Position numbers and translations under genes: made by a program
DNA from: Casimicrobiaceae bacterium
Lineage (GTDB): Bacteria; Pseudomonadota; Gammaproteobacteria; Burkholderiales; Casimicrobiaceae
Assembly: GCA_035280325.1 (NCBI GenBank)
Contig: DATEFZ010000075.1
Span: forward strand, 1-36,844
Direction of reading: 5' to 3'
Length of the DNA: 36,844 bases
Part shown: positions 19,681-27,120 of the stretch, piece after piece
How the letters are laid out: every line of letters begins with the position of its first letter
How positions within the stretch are numbered: the stretch's first letter is position 1
The notes under the pieces: model-generated
The model's input: the letters and a program-made list of their open reading frames with translations, nothing else
Told to the model about the DNA's origin: nothing
Databases searched by the model: none

Positions 19681-20220
19681 ATGAACGACACCAACGCAAG
19701 TCTTCTCGAAAGCCCCGCTTATCGTTTGCAGCAGGCCGCCCGGGCTCATCGCTCGTTCACGCTGGCCGAAATCGTCATCGCGGCGATCAACGCCGCGTTG
19801 GTCGCCACGCTGCGAACATATGCGCGGTACCGCCAATATCGCAAGGCTTCGGCCATCCGCGACGTGCTGCGCGACCTCGACGACCGCACCTTGCGCGACA
19901 TCGGCATCGATCGCAGCGAAATAGCCTCGGTGGCGGCGGAATTGACCGGCCAGGCCGAGCCTTCACGCATGCACCCCTGGCGAGCCGCGCAGGAGCTCCC
20001 GGCGGCGTGGAAACCGCCCGCTGTCAGGCTGGCAGAGCCGATCGGTCGTTCCGAGGGCATCGATCGACCGGTTGCGGCCGACGCCTCCCGCCGCGGTGCA
20101 CTCCGCGACGCCGTCGAGACGCGACGCCAGCTGTTGCTCGCGCTGGAGCTCGAAACCATGCGCCAGGCGCCGCCTCAGGCCACGCCTAGTCAAGACAGCG
20201 AGGCGATATACAGCGGATAG
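19681..20220 (+). CDS. DUF1127 domain protein with an unusually long C-terminal extension
   Basis: Contains the DUF1127 signature LRDLDDRTLRDIGIDRSEI. Third-position GC stays high through the roughly 90-aa extension, which supports real coding. Confidence 0.6.
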   Translation: MNDTNASLLESPAYRLQQAARAHRSFTLAEIVIAAINAALVATLRTYARYRQYRKASAIRDVLRDLDDRTLRDIGIDRSEIASVAAELTGQAEPSRMHPWRAAQELPAAWKPPAVRLAEPIGRSEGIDRPVAADASRRGALRDAVETRRQLLLALELETMRQAPPQATPSQDSEAIYSG

Positions 20221-20294
20221 GGCGCGACATAGACGGTGACGCTGTGGTCGAGCGCGCCGTCCAGAACGGCCGCGGCAAAGCTGTTCGCTTTCAT
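20190..20294 (-). CDS. Possible 34-aa small protein (MKANSFAAAVLDGALDHSVTVYVAPYPLYIASLS)
   Basis: Strong RBS AAAGGAGAA 5 nt upstream of the ATG at 20294. About 79% GC at third positions. Its 3' end overlaps the convergent DUF1127 gene by 31 nt. No family recognised. Confidence 0.3.
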   Translation of the reverse strand: MKANSFAAAVLDGALDHSVTVYVAPYPLYIASLS

Positions 20295-20690
20295 GACGTT
20301 CTCCTTTCGCGGTTGAGATCCATGCCGCGTCATACCCGGTCTCGCCCGCTTTTGTTCTCCGGCAAATATCGCCACCGCCCAAGTCAAGTTTGTCGCCCGT
20401 GCACGGCTTGCGTGTTCTGGACCGAGAACGTGCTCGCGCCGGCGTGATCGCCGTTATTCCCTCGGGCATAAGCGGCGAGCGAGCCCCGTCTGGCGGTCAT
20501 GCGACGTGCAGCAATGGAAGGGACAACGCGGAATCGCGCCTGGTGCAAGGCCGGCGCCACCACCTTCGGGATCGCGCGATCGCTCGGCGTCACTCCGGTC
20601 CGACGACCGCCGGCGATGCCGTCGCAGCCGTTTTTTCCGATCCGCACCGGATCGATCCTGTTGAACGACAACACCACGAAGGAGCAAGTC

Positions 20691-20987
20691 ATGTCCGTGA
20701 AATCACTCTCGCTCGGCACCCGTCTCGCGATCGTTGCCGCACTCGCCGTCGGCGTCTCGGGTACCGCGCTCGCCGAAGACAGCAGCATGAATCCGTTCAC
20801 CGGCGAGTTCTACCGCGAGCTGCACGACGGCAGGAACCTCGGCGACTCGATCCTGGCAAGCGCGCCGCGGACGCCGACCAGCGATCCGATGGCGGCATCG
20901 GACGCGCCGCGCCAACGCCACCTGGTCGGGATCGGTCGCCGGCTGCCTGGGATGCCGACGCCGATATTCAGCGACAAGGGGGCGTGA
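20691..20987 (+). CDS. Small secreted hypothetical protein (98 aa, Sec signal peptide)
   Basis: GAAGGAG RBS 6 nt upstream. Signal peptide MSVKSLSLGTRLAIVAALAVGVSGTALA|ED. Confidence 0.5.
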   Translation: MSVKSLSLGTRLAIVAALAVGVSGTALAEDSSMNPFTGEFYRELHDGRNLGDSILASAPRTPTSDPMAASDAPRQRHLVGIGRRLPGMPTPIFSDKGA

Positions 20988-21014
20988 GCCGGCTCACCGG
21001 TCGAATGCTCAGTG

Positions 21015-21044
21015 CCGGGGCGGCGCGTGCGCCGCCCCGGTTCT
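21015..21044 (+). terminator. GC-rich hairpin plus short T-run between convergent genes
   Basis: CCGGGGCGGCGC-gt-GCGCCGCCCCGG (21015-21040) is followed by TTCT. It lies 28 nt after the stop at 20987. Confidence 0.5.
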
Positions 21045-21131
21045 ATCCGGAGCCTTCGTACGCGGCTCAGCGACGAACCAAACCCCGCCCCGCATGCGGC
21101 GACCGGGATGCCCGATGTCGACGCTCTGGCG

Positions 21132-21491
21132 TTACCGCTTGCGCACGTGCACGACGCCGGTCATGAACGGATGCACGGTGCAGACGTAGCCGAAGTCGCC
21201 CGCTCCTGCGAACGTATGCTCGAACTTGTCGTCGGTGTCCAGGCCCTTCGATACGAAGCTCTTGTCGTCGCTAGCCACCGTATGCGGCGTTTCGTCGCGA
21301 TTGATCCAGACGACCCTGGTGCCGGGCTCGACGGTGACCTCCTTCGGTACAAAGGCGAACTTGGTGATGTCGATGGTGACGGCGTCCGGCGCAGCGAACA
21401 CGGGCACCGCCGCCGTCATGCAGGCGGCCAGCGCGGCGCCGGGCAGAAAACGAGGAATGCGATGGAGTGCGTTCATCACTAAAGTCCTCAT
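21132..21491 (-). CDS. Amicyanin/pseudoazurin-like type-1 cupredoxin (secreted)
   Basis: Signal peptide followed by a cupredoxin fold with ligand pattern ...TPHTV...YVCTVHPFM (the amicyanin-like C-x2-H-x2-M loop). The ATG at 21491 overlaps the upstream stop (ATGA). An alternative ATG is at 21476. Confidence 0.8.
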   Translation of the reverse strand: MRTLVMNALHRIPRFLPGAALAACMTAAVPVFAAPDAVTIDITKFAFVPKEVTVEPGTRVVWINRDETPHTVASDDKSFVSKGLDTDDKFEHTFAGAGDFGYVCTVHPFMTGVVHVRKR

Positions 21492-22447
21492 CCGGCGAAC
21501 GGAGTGTCGACCAGCGCCAGCTCGTGACGGCCGGGTACGACGCTCAAGCGCCGCGTGCCGAGCAGCTTGCCCAGCTCGCCGGCCGGCACGGTGACCGGAC
21601 CGGGCTCGCCGATCCCCGCCTGGCCCGGCGTCGGCAACGGGTAGGCGAGCGACATCGCGGTGTGCAGCGCGACGCTGCCTTCGACCTTCTGCAGCACCTG
21701 ATGGATGTGGCCGTTGAGGACGGTCACCGAGCCGAACGGGCGCAGCAGCGACATCGCCTGCGCCGAATCGGCGGTGCCCCAGCCCCAGGGTTCCCAGATC
21801 GTCCATAGCGGGATGTGCGCCAGCACCACGATCGGCGTCGAGCGCGACACACCGGCGAGATCCCCCTTGAGCCAGGCGATCTGCTCGTCGCCCAGCGCGG
21901 CCAGGGTCCTGGCCTTGAAGTTCTGCACGTTGTTCAGGCCGACGAAATGCACGCCGCCCTGGTCGAAGCTGTACCACGACCTGCCGTTGCCGTCGTGATC
22001 GAAAAACCTGAGATAGCCGGTCACCCCGTCGTCTATGGTGTCGTGCTCGCCGGGGACCGTGTGCACGCGATCGACCTTGATCTCCTGCAGCAGCTCGCGG
22101 GCCTGGCCGAATTCCTCGGGCTTGGACAGATGGCTCACGTCGCCGGTGTGGACGACAAAGGCAGGGGTTTGCGGCAGCGCGTGGATGTCGGCGATGGCGT
22201 GCCGCAGGCTGCCGACGACGTCGGGATTGGCTTCCTTGCGAAAGCCGATGTGAGTGTCGCTGATCTGCACGAAGGTCAGCGCATTGCCGGCCGCCATGGC
22301 GGCGCCGTTGCCGGTCGCACCCAGCGCGCGCGGCACGCCGCCGGCGACGGTCCAGACGACCGCGGCGCCGGTCCAGGCGGCAAGACAGCTCAGGGCTCGA
22401 CGGCGAGAGGGATCGTGCAAGGGATCGGTCACGGAGCGGGTGATCAT
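21488..22447 (-). CDS. Tat-exported metallophosphoesterase (calcineurin-like)
   Basis: ATG at 22447 with GGAGAA 6 nt upstream. Twin-arginine signal PSRRRALSCLAAW. Metallophosphoesterase motifs ISDTHIG, HTGDVSH, PGEHD, LAHIP and NGHIH. Confidence 0.8.
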   Translation of the reverse strand: MITRSVTDPLHDPSRRRALSCLAAWTGAAVVWTVAGGVPRALGATGNGAAMAAGNALTFVQISDTHIGFRKEANPDVVGSLRHAIADIHALPQTPAFVVHTGDVSHLSKPEEFGQARELLQEIKVDRVHTVPGEHDTIDDGVTGYLRFFDHDGNGRSWYSFDQGGVHFVGLNNVQNFKARTLAALGDEQIAWLKGDLAGVSRSTPIVVLAHIPLWTIWEPWGWGTADSAQAMSLLRPFGSVTVLNGHIHQVLQKVEGSVALHTAMSLAYPLPTPGQAGIGEPGPVTVPAGELGKLLGTRRLSVVPGRHELALVDTPFAG

Positions 22448-22483
22448 CGGCGGTTCTCCAGTCGGTGGCGGGAATGCTGCACT

Positions 22484-22501
22484 CGTCCAGATCGCGTCCA
22501 G
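22484..22501 (-). promoter_or_regulatory. Direct repeat CTGGACG-N4-CTGGACG (11-bp period) upstream of the metallophosphoesterase gene
   Basis: The plus strand reads CGTCCAG(22484-22490)-atcg-CGTCCAG(22495-22501), 37-54 nt upstream of the ATG at 22447. It is nested inside a 9-bp inverted repeat, GGCGGGAAT (22467-22475) / ATTCCCGCC (22511-22519). Confidence 0.3.
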
Positions 22502-22872
22502 CGCGTATTTATTCCCGCCTGCCGCGCGATTCGCCGCTAAGGAACCTCTGCAAAAGTCCCACATGAGCCGCGTTTCTGCCGCAGTGGCTTCAGATGCTAG
22601 GCGTCGCGGCGCAGCGAATAGCTTGGCCTATTCGCAAGCCGCGCAACGACGCAGATGAGGCCATTGCGGCGAAACCCGGATGGGACGGGGCCTCAGTTGG
22701 CAAATGAGGGGCGATCTGCTTTGTCGCGCCGCTCGCCAAGGGGATTTACCATTGGCTTCGCGTCGCTTCTCGCAGCTCATCCCGGCAAGCCGCCGTCGCG
22801 GCCACGCTGGACTTATGCAGAGGTTCCCTAAATGGCAAAATGCCTTCCCGTACTGGCCGGGAGCTCCCCCGC

Positions 22873-23724
22873 ATGACCGACCCTCGTCCCAGCGTCACCG
22901 ACAAGCGGCGAGCGTTCCACCGGTTGCACGCGTCCGGATGCTTCGTGATCCCGAACCCGTGGGACCTGGGCGCCGCGCGCTATCTGCAACGGCTCGGCTT
23001 CAAGGCGCTGGCGACGACCAGCTCCGGCTTCGCCTGGTCGCGCGGCCACGCCGACAACTCGGTGTCGCGCGAGGCGGTCCTCGGCCACTTGCGGGAAATC
23101 GTCGCCGCGACCGACCTGCCCGTGAACGCCGACTTCGAAAGCGGCTTCGCCGCCGACGCGGCGGGCGTCGCGGAGAGCGTGCGCCTGGCGGTCGACACGG
23201 GAGTGGCCGGACTGTCGATCGAGGACTCGACCGGCGACGCCGCGAAACCGCTCTACGAGCTCGCGGTCGCGGTCGAGCGCGTCGGTGCCGCCCGGCGGGC
23301 GATCGACCGCGCCGGCGGAGACGCGCTGCTGGTCGGCCGTGCCGAATGCTTTCTGGTCGGCCGGCCCGATCTCGACGAGACGATCGCGCGGCTCAAGGCC
23401 TACGCGCAGGCCGGCGCCGATTGCCTGTACGCGCCGGGAATACGCAGCCGCGAGCAGATCTCGGCGGTCGTCGCCGCCGTCGCGCCGAAGCCGGTGAACC
23501 TGCTGGTCGGAGCGCGGAGCGAATTCACGGTGCGGGACATCGCGGCGCTCGGCGTGCGGCGGATCAGCGTCGGCGGCGCGCTCGCCCGCTCGGCCTGGGG
23601 CGGCTTCATGCGCACGGCCCGATTGATCGCCGAGCAGGGCCGGTTCGACGGATTCGCCGACGCGGCATCGGGGCAGGAGCTCAATGCGATGTTCAGCGGG
23701 GACAGCAAACCTGCGTCCGGATGA
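22873..23724 (+). CDS. Isocitrate lyase / PEP mutase superfamily enzyme (2-methylisocitrate lyase / oxaloacetate decarboxylase-like)
   Basis: FVIPNPWDLGAARYLQRLGFKALATTSSG, LPVNADFESGF and GLSIED are typical of the ICL/PEPM fold. Preferred start is ATG 22873; the ORF-track alternative is 22840. Confidence 0.75.
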   Translation: MTDPRPSVTDKRRAFHRLHASGCFVIPNPWDLGAARYLQRLGFKALATTSSGFAWSRGHADNSVSREAVLGHLREIVAATDLPVNADFESGFAADAAGVAESVRLAVDTGVAGLSIEDSTGDAAKPLYELAVAVERVGAARRAIDRAGGDALLVGRAECFLVGRPDLDETIARLKAYAQAGADCLYAPGIRSREQISAVVAAVAPKPVNLLVGARSEFTVRDIAALGVRRISVGGALARSAWGGFMRTARLIAEQGRFDGFADAASGQELNAMFSGDSKPASG

Positions 23725-23783
23725 GCGCCAGAGCCGTAAAAGAAGAACGCTAACCCGCGCCGCCAGACGCCAGCGGCCCCGCG

Positions 23784-24584
23784 ATGCTCCTCTGCCAGAT
23801 CAGCGACCTGCACATCAAGACTCCGGGAAGCCTCGCCTATCGCGTCGTCGACTCGGCGGCGTACCTCCGGCGCTGCGTCGATCACCTGCTCGCGGCCGGG
23901 CAGCGGCCCGACGTCGTCGTCGTCACAGGCGACCTGACCGACTCGGGGCGCAGCGAGGAATACGCGCATCTGCGCGCGCTGCTCGACCCGCTGCCGATGC
24001 CGGTCTACCTGCTACCCGGCAACCACGACGATCGCGCCGCGCTGCGCGCGTCGTTTCCCGACCACGCGTATCTGTTCCAGATGGACCGCTTCGTCCAGTA
24101 TGCGGTGGACGCGGCGCCGTTGCGGCTGATCGCTCTCGACAGCACGATTCCCGGCGCGAGCGGCGGCGAACTGTGCCCGCTGCGCCTCGCCTGGCTCGAA
24201 GCGCGGCTATCCGAAGCGGCGCGCCAGCCAGTGGTGATCGTGACGCACCATCCGCCTTTCGCCACCGGCATCGGACACATGGACTCGATCGGCTTCGCCG
24301 ATCCCGGCGCGCTCGAAGCGATCGTCCGCCGTTACCCGAACGTCGAGCGCGTTCTGTGCGGCCACCTGCACCGGGCGATCCAGGTGCGCTTCGGCGGCAC
24401 GATCGCATCGACCTGTCCCAGCCCAGCGCACCAGGTGGCGCTCGACCTCGACGCCGATGCGCCGTCACGCTTCGTACTCGAGCCGCCCGGTTACGAGCTC
24501 CACTGGTGGGACGCGGCGCGAGCGCGGCTGGTGAGCCACACTGCCTTCATCGGCGATTTCGCCGGCCCGTATCCGTTCCACTAA
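23784..24584 (+). CDS. CpdA/GpdQ-like class III phosphodiesterase (metallophosphoesterase)
   Basis: Motifs ISDLHIK, VTGDLTD, PGNHDD, VTHHPP and CGHLH. 266 aa. No signal peptide. Confidence 0.8.
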   Translation: MLLCQISDLHIKTPGSLAYRVVDSAAYLRRCVDHLLAAGQRPDVVVVTGDLTDSGRSEEYAHLRALLDPLPMPVYLLPGNHDDRAALRASFPDHAYLFQMDRFVQYAVDAAPLRLIALDSTIPGASGGELCPLRLAWLEARLSEAARQPVVIVTHHPPFATGIGHMDSIGFADPGALEAIVRRYPNVERVLCGHLHRAIQVRFGGTIASTCPSPAHQVALDLDADAPSRFVLEPPGYELHWWDAARARLVSHTAFIGDFAGPYPFH

Positions 24585-24646
24585 GGCGGCATGCCGATCG
24601 ACTGACCGGCCCGCAGCGGCCGATCACCACGGCAGCACTAGCGCCG

Positions 24647-25399
24647 TCAGCGCTTCGCTTTGGCTGGCTCCTCGAAGCGCGCCAGAAAGCGCAATACCGC
24701 CTGCCAGTTCTCCTCTGCGCCCGCGGCGTTGCGCGCGGCGATCAACGTCGACGATCCGTGCTCGCCGCCGCGGGTGGGAACAAACTGCGTTTTGGCGGTG
24801 CCGGGGACGGCGTCGAGGATGCTGCGGGCGTGCTCGATCTCCTCGGGATCGCTCGCCTGGGTCACGAACACAGGGACCGACACCTTTTCCGCGGCCGTCC
24901 GCACCGCGTCGGCGCGGCCGAGGTATTCACTCGGCGAAAATGCAAGCACCGCAGCCACCTTGCCAGGATTGCGCGCTGCCAGCACGAAGACCAGCGCCGC
25001 CGAGTAGCTCGAGCCCCAGATGAGCACCGGCGCGCCGCGAGCCTCCTTGGTGCCCCACGCCAGCGCTGCCGCCAGATCCGGCAGCGCCGCGTCGTAGCCG
25101 GTCGAGCGGCCGAGCGCGGCCACGGTCTGGTTCACGCCGCCAAAGGCTCCGCCTCCCGAGCGCTGATCGATCGCCAGCACCGTGAAACCGGCGGCGGCCA
25201 GCCGCGGCGCCAGCGTCGCGTACTCGGCGTGGCTCGATTCGGCCTGGTGGAAAGCCAGGATAATTGGCGGATGCGGCGACTGCGCGCGCCACACCTCGCC
25301 ATAAACTCGCACCCCGTCCGCGGCGGTGAGCACGACCGGCTCGGCAGCGGCGGCGCAGGCCAGACCCACACCGACCAGCAGCGCCAGCAAGCGCAACAT
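24647..25399 (-). CDS. Secreted alpha/beta-fold hydrolase (dienelactone-hydrolase-like)
   Basis: Preferred start ATG 25399 gives a canonical Sec signal, MLRLLALLVGVGLACAAAA|EP. An alternative in-frame ATG at 25486 overlaps the upstream cupredoxin stop (ATGA) but adds a 29-aa Arg-rich leader. Nucleophile-elbow-like segment IWGSSYSAA. Confidence 0.65.
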   Translation of the reverse strand: MLRLLALLVGVGLACAAAAEPVVLTAADGVRVYGEVWRAQSPHPPIILAFHQAESSHAEYATLAPRLAAAGFTVLAIDQRSGGGAFGGVNQTVAALGRSTGYDAALPDLAAALAWGTKEARGAPVLIWGSSYSAALVFVLAARNPGKVAAVLAFSPSEYLGRADAVRTAAEKVSVPVFVTQASDPEEIEHARSILDAVPGTAKTQFVPTRGGEHGSSTLIAARNAAGAEENWQAVLRFLARFEEPAKAKR

Positions 25400-25482
25400 C
25401 CGCAGGCTCGTGCCGTCCGGCCGAGCGTGAGCGGTCTGCACCGTCGATCGGCGCGACGATCGACGCGGCGCCGTCGCCGTTC

Positions 25483-25968
25483 TCATTTGACCGTGATCTG
25501 GCCGCGCATCCCGGCTTCGAAGTGCCCGGGCTGCAAACAGGCAAAGTCGACCGTGCCGGGCTGCGTGAAGCGCCAGACGAGCTCTCCGGTCTTGCCGGGA
25601 TCGACCATCAACGCATTGGACTCGGTATGAATCATCGCCGGGTGCTCACGCATCATCGCGGCATGCTGGCGCAATTCGTCGGCCCCGCCCAGCACGATCT
25701 CGTGCTCGAGCCGCCCCGAATTCCTGACCACGAAGCGGATCGTCTCGCCGCGCCGCACGCTGATCCGCGACGGCGTGTAGTGCATGCTATCGTCCATATT
25801 GATGGCGATCGAGCGAGAGACCTTGGCGGGGTCGCCGGGCTGCCCGTAGGCCGCGTGCGACGCGTGGTCCCCGTGCTCGTGCGACAGCGCGGGAATCGCG
25901 ACGGCGACGGCGGCGGCTGCGGCGAGGAGCGCGAGCAACGCCGGCGGCGACCATCCGGTGCAAGGCAT
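25483..25968 (-). CDS. Periplasmic cupredoxin-family copper-binding protein (COG4454-like) with a His-rich N-terminus
   Basis: Signal peptide, then HEHGDHASH. Copper-site pattern ...LEHEIVL...FACLQPGHFEAGM. Confidence 0.75.
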   Translation of the reverse strand: MPCTGWSPPALLALLAAAAAVAVAIPALSHEHGDHASHAAYGQPGDPAKVSRSIAINMDDSMHYTPSRISVRRGETIRFVVRNSGRLEHEIVLGGADELRQHAAMMREHPAMIHTESNALMVDPGKTGELVWRFTQPGTVDFACLQPGHFEAGMRGQITVK

Positions 25969-26248
25969 GACATCTTTCCCGGTTGAAATCACGGACCGCG
26001 GCTGCGGCGGCGATCCACCGGCAGCGGCGGATCATCGGACGCGGTCCGATACGAAGTCTGACTCAAAAGCACCCGCGACGCTACGACCCGCAACCCCGCA
26101 GTTCCGCTGTCGCCGACGCAGCCCGTCGCGCCTTGCGCGCCAAACGCCCTGCAGCCTGCGCGCGGTCCGCCGTTGCGCTTCGGGCGGTCGACGGCGCAGG
26201 TCCGGCAACCCGGGCGCGGGAAGGGCGGCAGGGGGTGAGCGCGATGCG

Positions 26249-26944
26249 CTACTGAGCGCGCGTCTGCACCAGCCCCTTGGCGATGATATGGGCGACGCAA
26301 TCCTGGACGTGCGTTATCAGCGTACGCTGGGCCGACTTCCAGTCGCGCGCCAGGCCGTGTTCGAGCAGCTTGCGATGCTCGCCGGCAGCCGCCTCGCCGC
26401 GGAACACGTCGGCCAGGACCAGATAGCGCAAATACTTGTCGTAGATGGCGCTGTGCATCTCCAGCAACAGCCTGGAGCCGCAGGCCGAGATCAGGGCGTT
26501 GTGGAATGCGGCGTCGTAGAGCTTCCAGGCCTCGTTTTCGCTGCGATCGCCGGCGACCATCCGCTTCTCGAGCATCGCGAGCTTGTGGTGCGCGGCGACG
26601 ATCCGGCCCTCCCATTCGATGTCGCCGGCCTGGAACGACTCGCGCAGCGCGTGGCATTCGAGGAGTTGCCGGATGGCGGCCACCTCGCGTAGATCGCCGA
26701 TCGACGTCGGCGCGACCTCGAACCCGCGCCCACCCTCGGCCGCGACAAAGCCCTCCGACGCCAGCCGGTTGAGCACCTCGCGCAGGGTGCCGACGCTGGT
26801 GCCGTAGAGGTCGCGCATGCGGTCGAGCGTCAGACGCCGACCGGGCGCCAGCCGGCCGAAGATTACGTCGGACCGGATCCGGCTGTAGACTTTGTCACCG
26901 ACCGCGGCGGTGTCGGCCGCAATGTCGAGCACGCTGGTTTTCAT
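26249..26944 (-). CDS. GntR-family transcriptional regulator (FadR/FCD subfamily)
   Basis: Winged HTH (LTLDRMRDLYGTSVGTLREVLNRLASEGFV) plus an all-helical FCD-type C-terminal domain. ATG at 26944. Divergent from the TRAP operon. Confidence 0.85.
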   Translation of the reverse strand: MKTSVLDIAADTAAVGDKVYSRIRSDVIFGRLAPGRRLTLDRMRDLYGTSVGTLREVLNRLASEGFVAAEGGRGFEVAPTSIGDLREVAAIRQLLECHALRESFQAGDIEWEGRIVAAHHKLAMLEKRMVAGDRSENEAWKLYDAAFHNALISACGSRLLLEMHSAIYDKYLRYLVLADVFRGEAAAGEHRKLLEHGLARDWKSAQRTLITHVQDCVAHIIAKGLVQTRAQ

Positions 26945-27028
26945 GGCGATGAAGTCCCCGTCCCGCGCCGGCTTCGCGCTCGCCGCTCGTCCCGCCGATA
27001 GCCGATGCCAATGCGGAAGCCGCGCCGC

Positions 27029-27066
27029 TTGCATTATCCGATGATCCTGATATTGTCTCACAAAAT
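27029..27066 (+). promoter_or_regulatory. Candidate TRAP-operon promoter (TTGCAT-16 nt-TATTGT) overlapped by a GntR-type palindrome ATATTGT-CTC-ACAAAAT
   Basis: TTGCAT is at 27029-27034 and TATTGT at 27051-27056. The inverted repeat at 27050-27066 has the core TTGTnnnACAA, matching the generic GntR GT-N-AC operator logic. It lies in the 176-nt divergent region between the gntR-like gene and the dctP-like gene. Confidence 0.4.
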
Positions 27067-27120
27067 CCGAATCATTGGAGGGGTGGCTTCGTCGCGCCCT
27101 CGACGCCCAAAGGAGGAGTC

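Noticed and set aside
22698-22712. Sigma54-like TGGCAAATGAGGGGC (GG-N10-GC) in the long intergenic region
   Set aside because: Only the GG/GC dinucleotides match; the TTGC core does not. It lies about 160 nt from the nearest start codon, and no enhancer-binding protein gene is nearby.
23684-25630. 648-aa ORF 23684-25630 + and similar (22680-23753 +, 28759-30597 +, 28958-30094 -, 30806-31741 +)
   Set aside because: They overlap well-supported genes (phosphodiesterase, hydrolase, DctM, LivK-type SBP) in other frames and have no recognisable domains.
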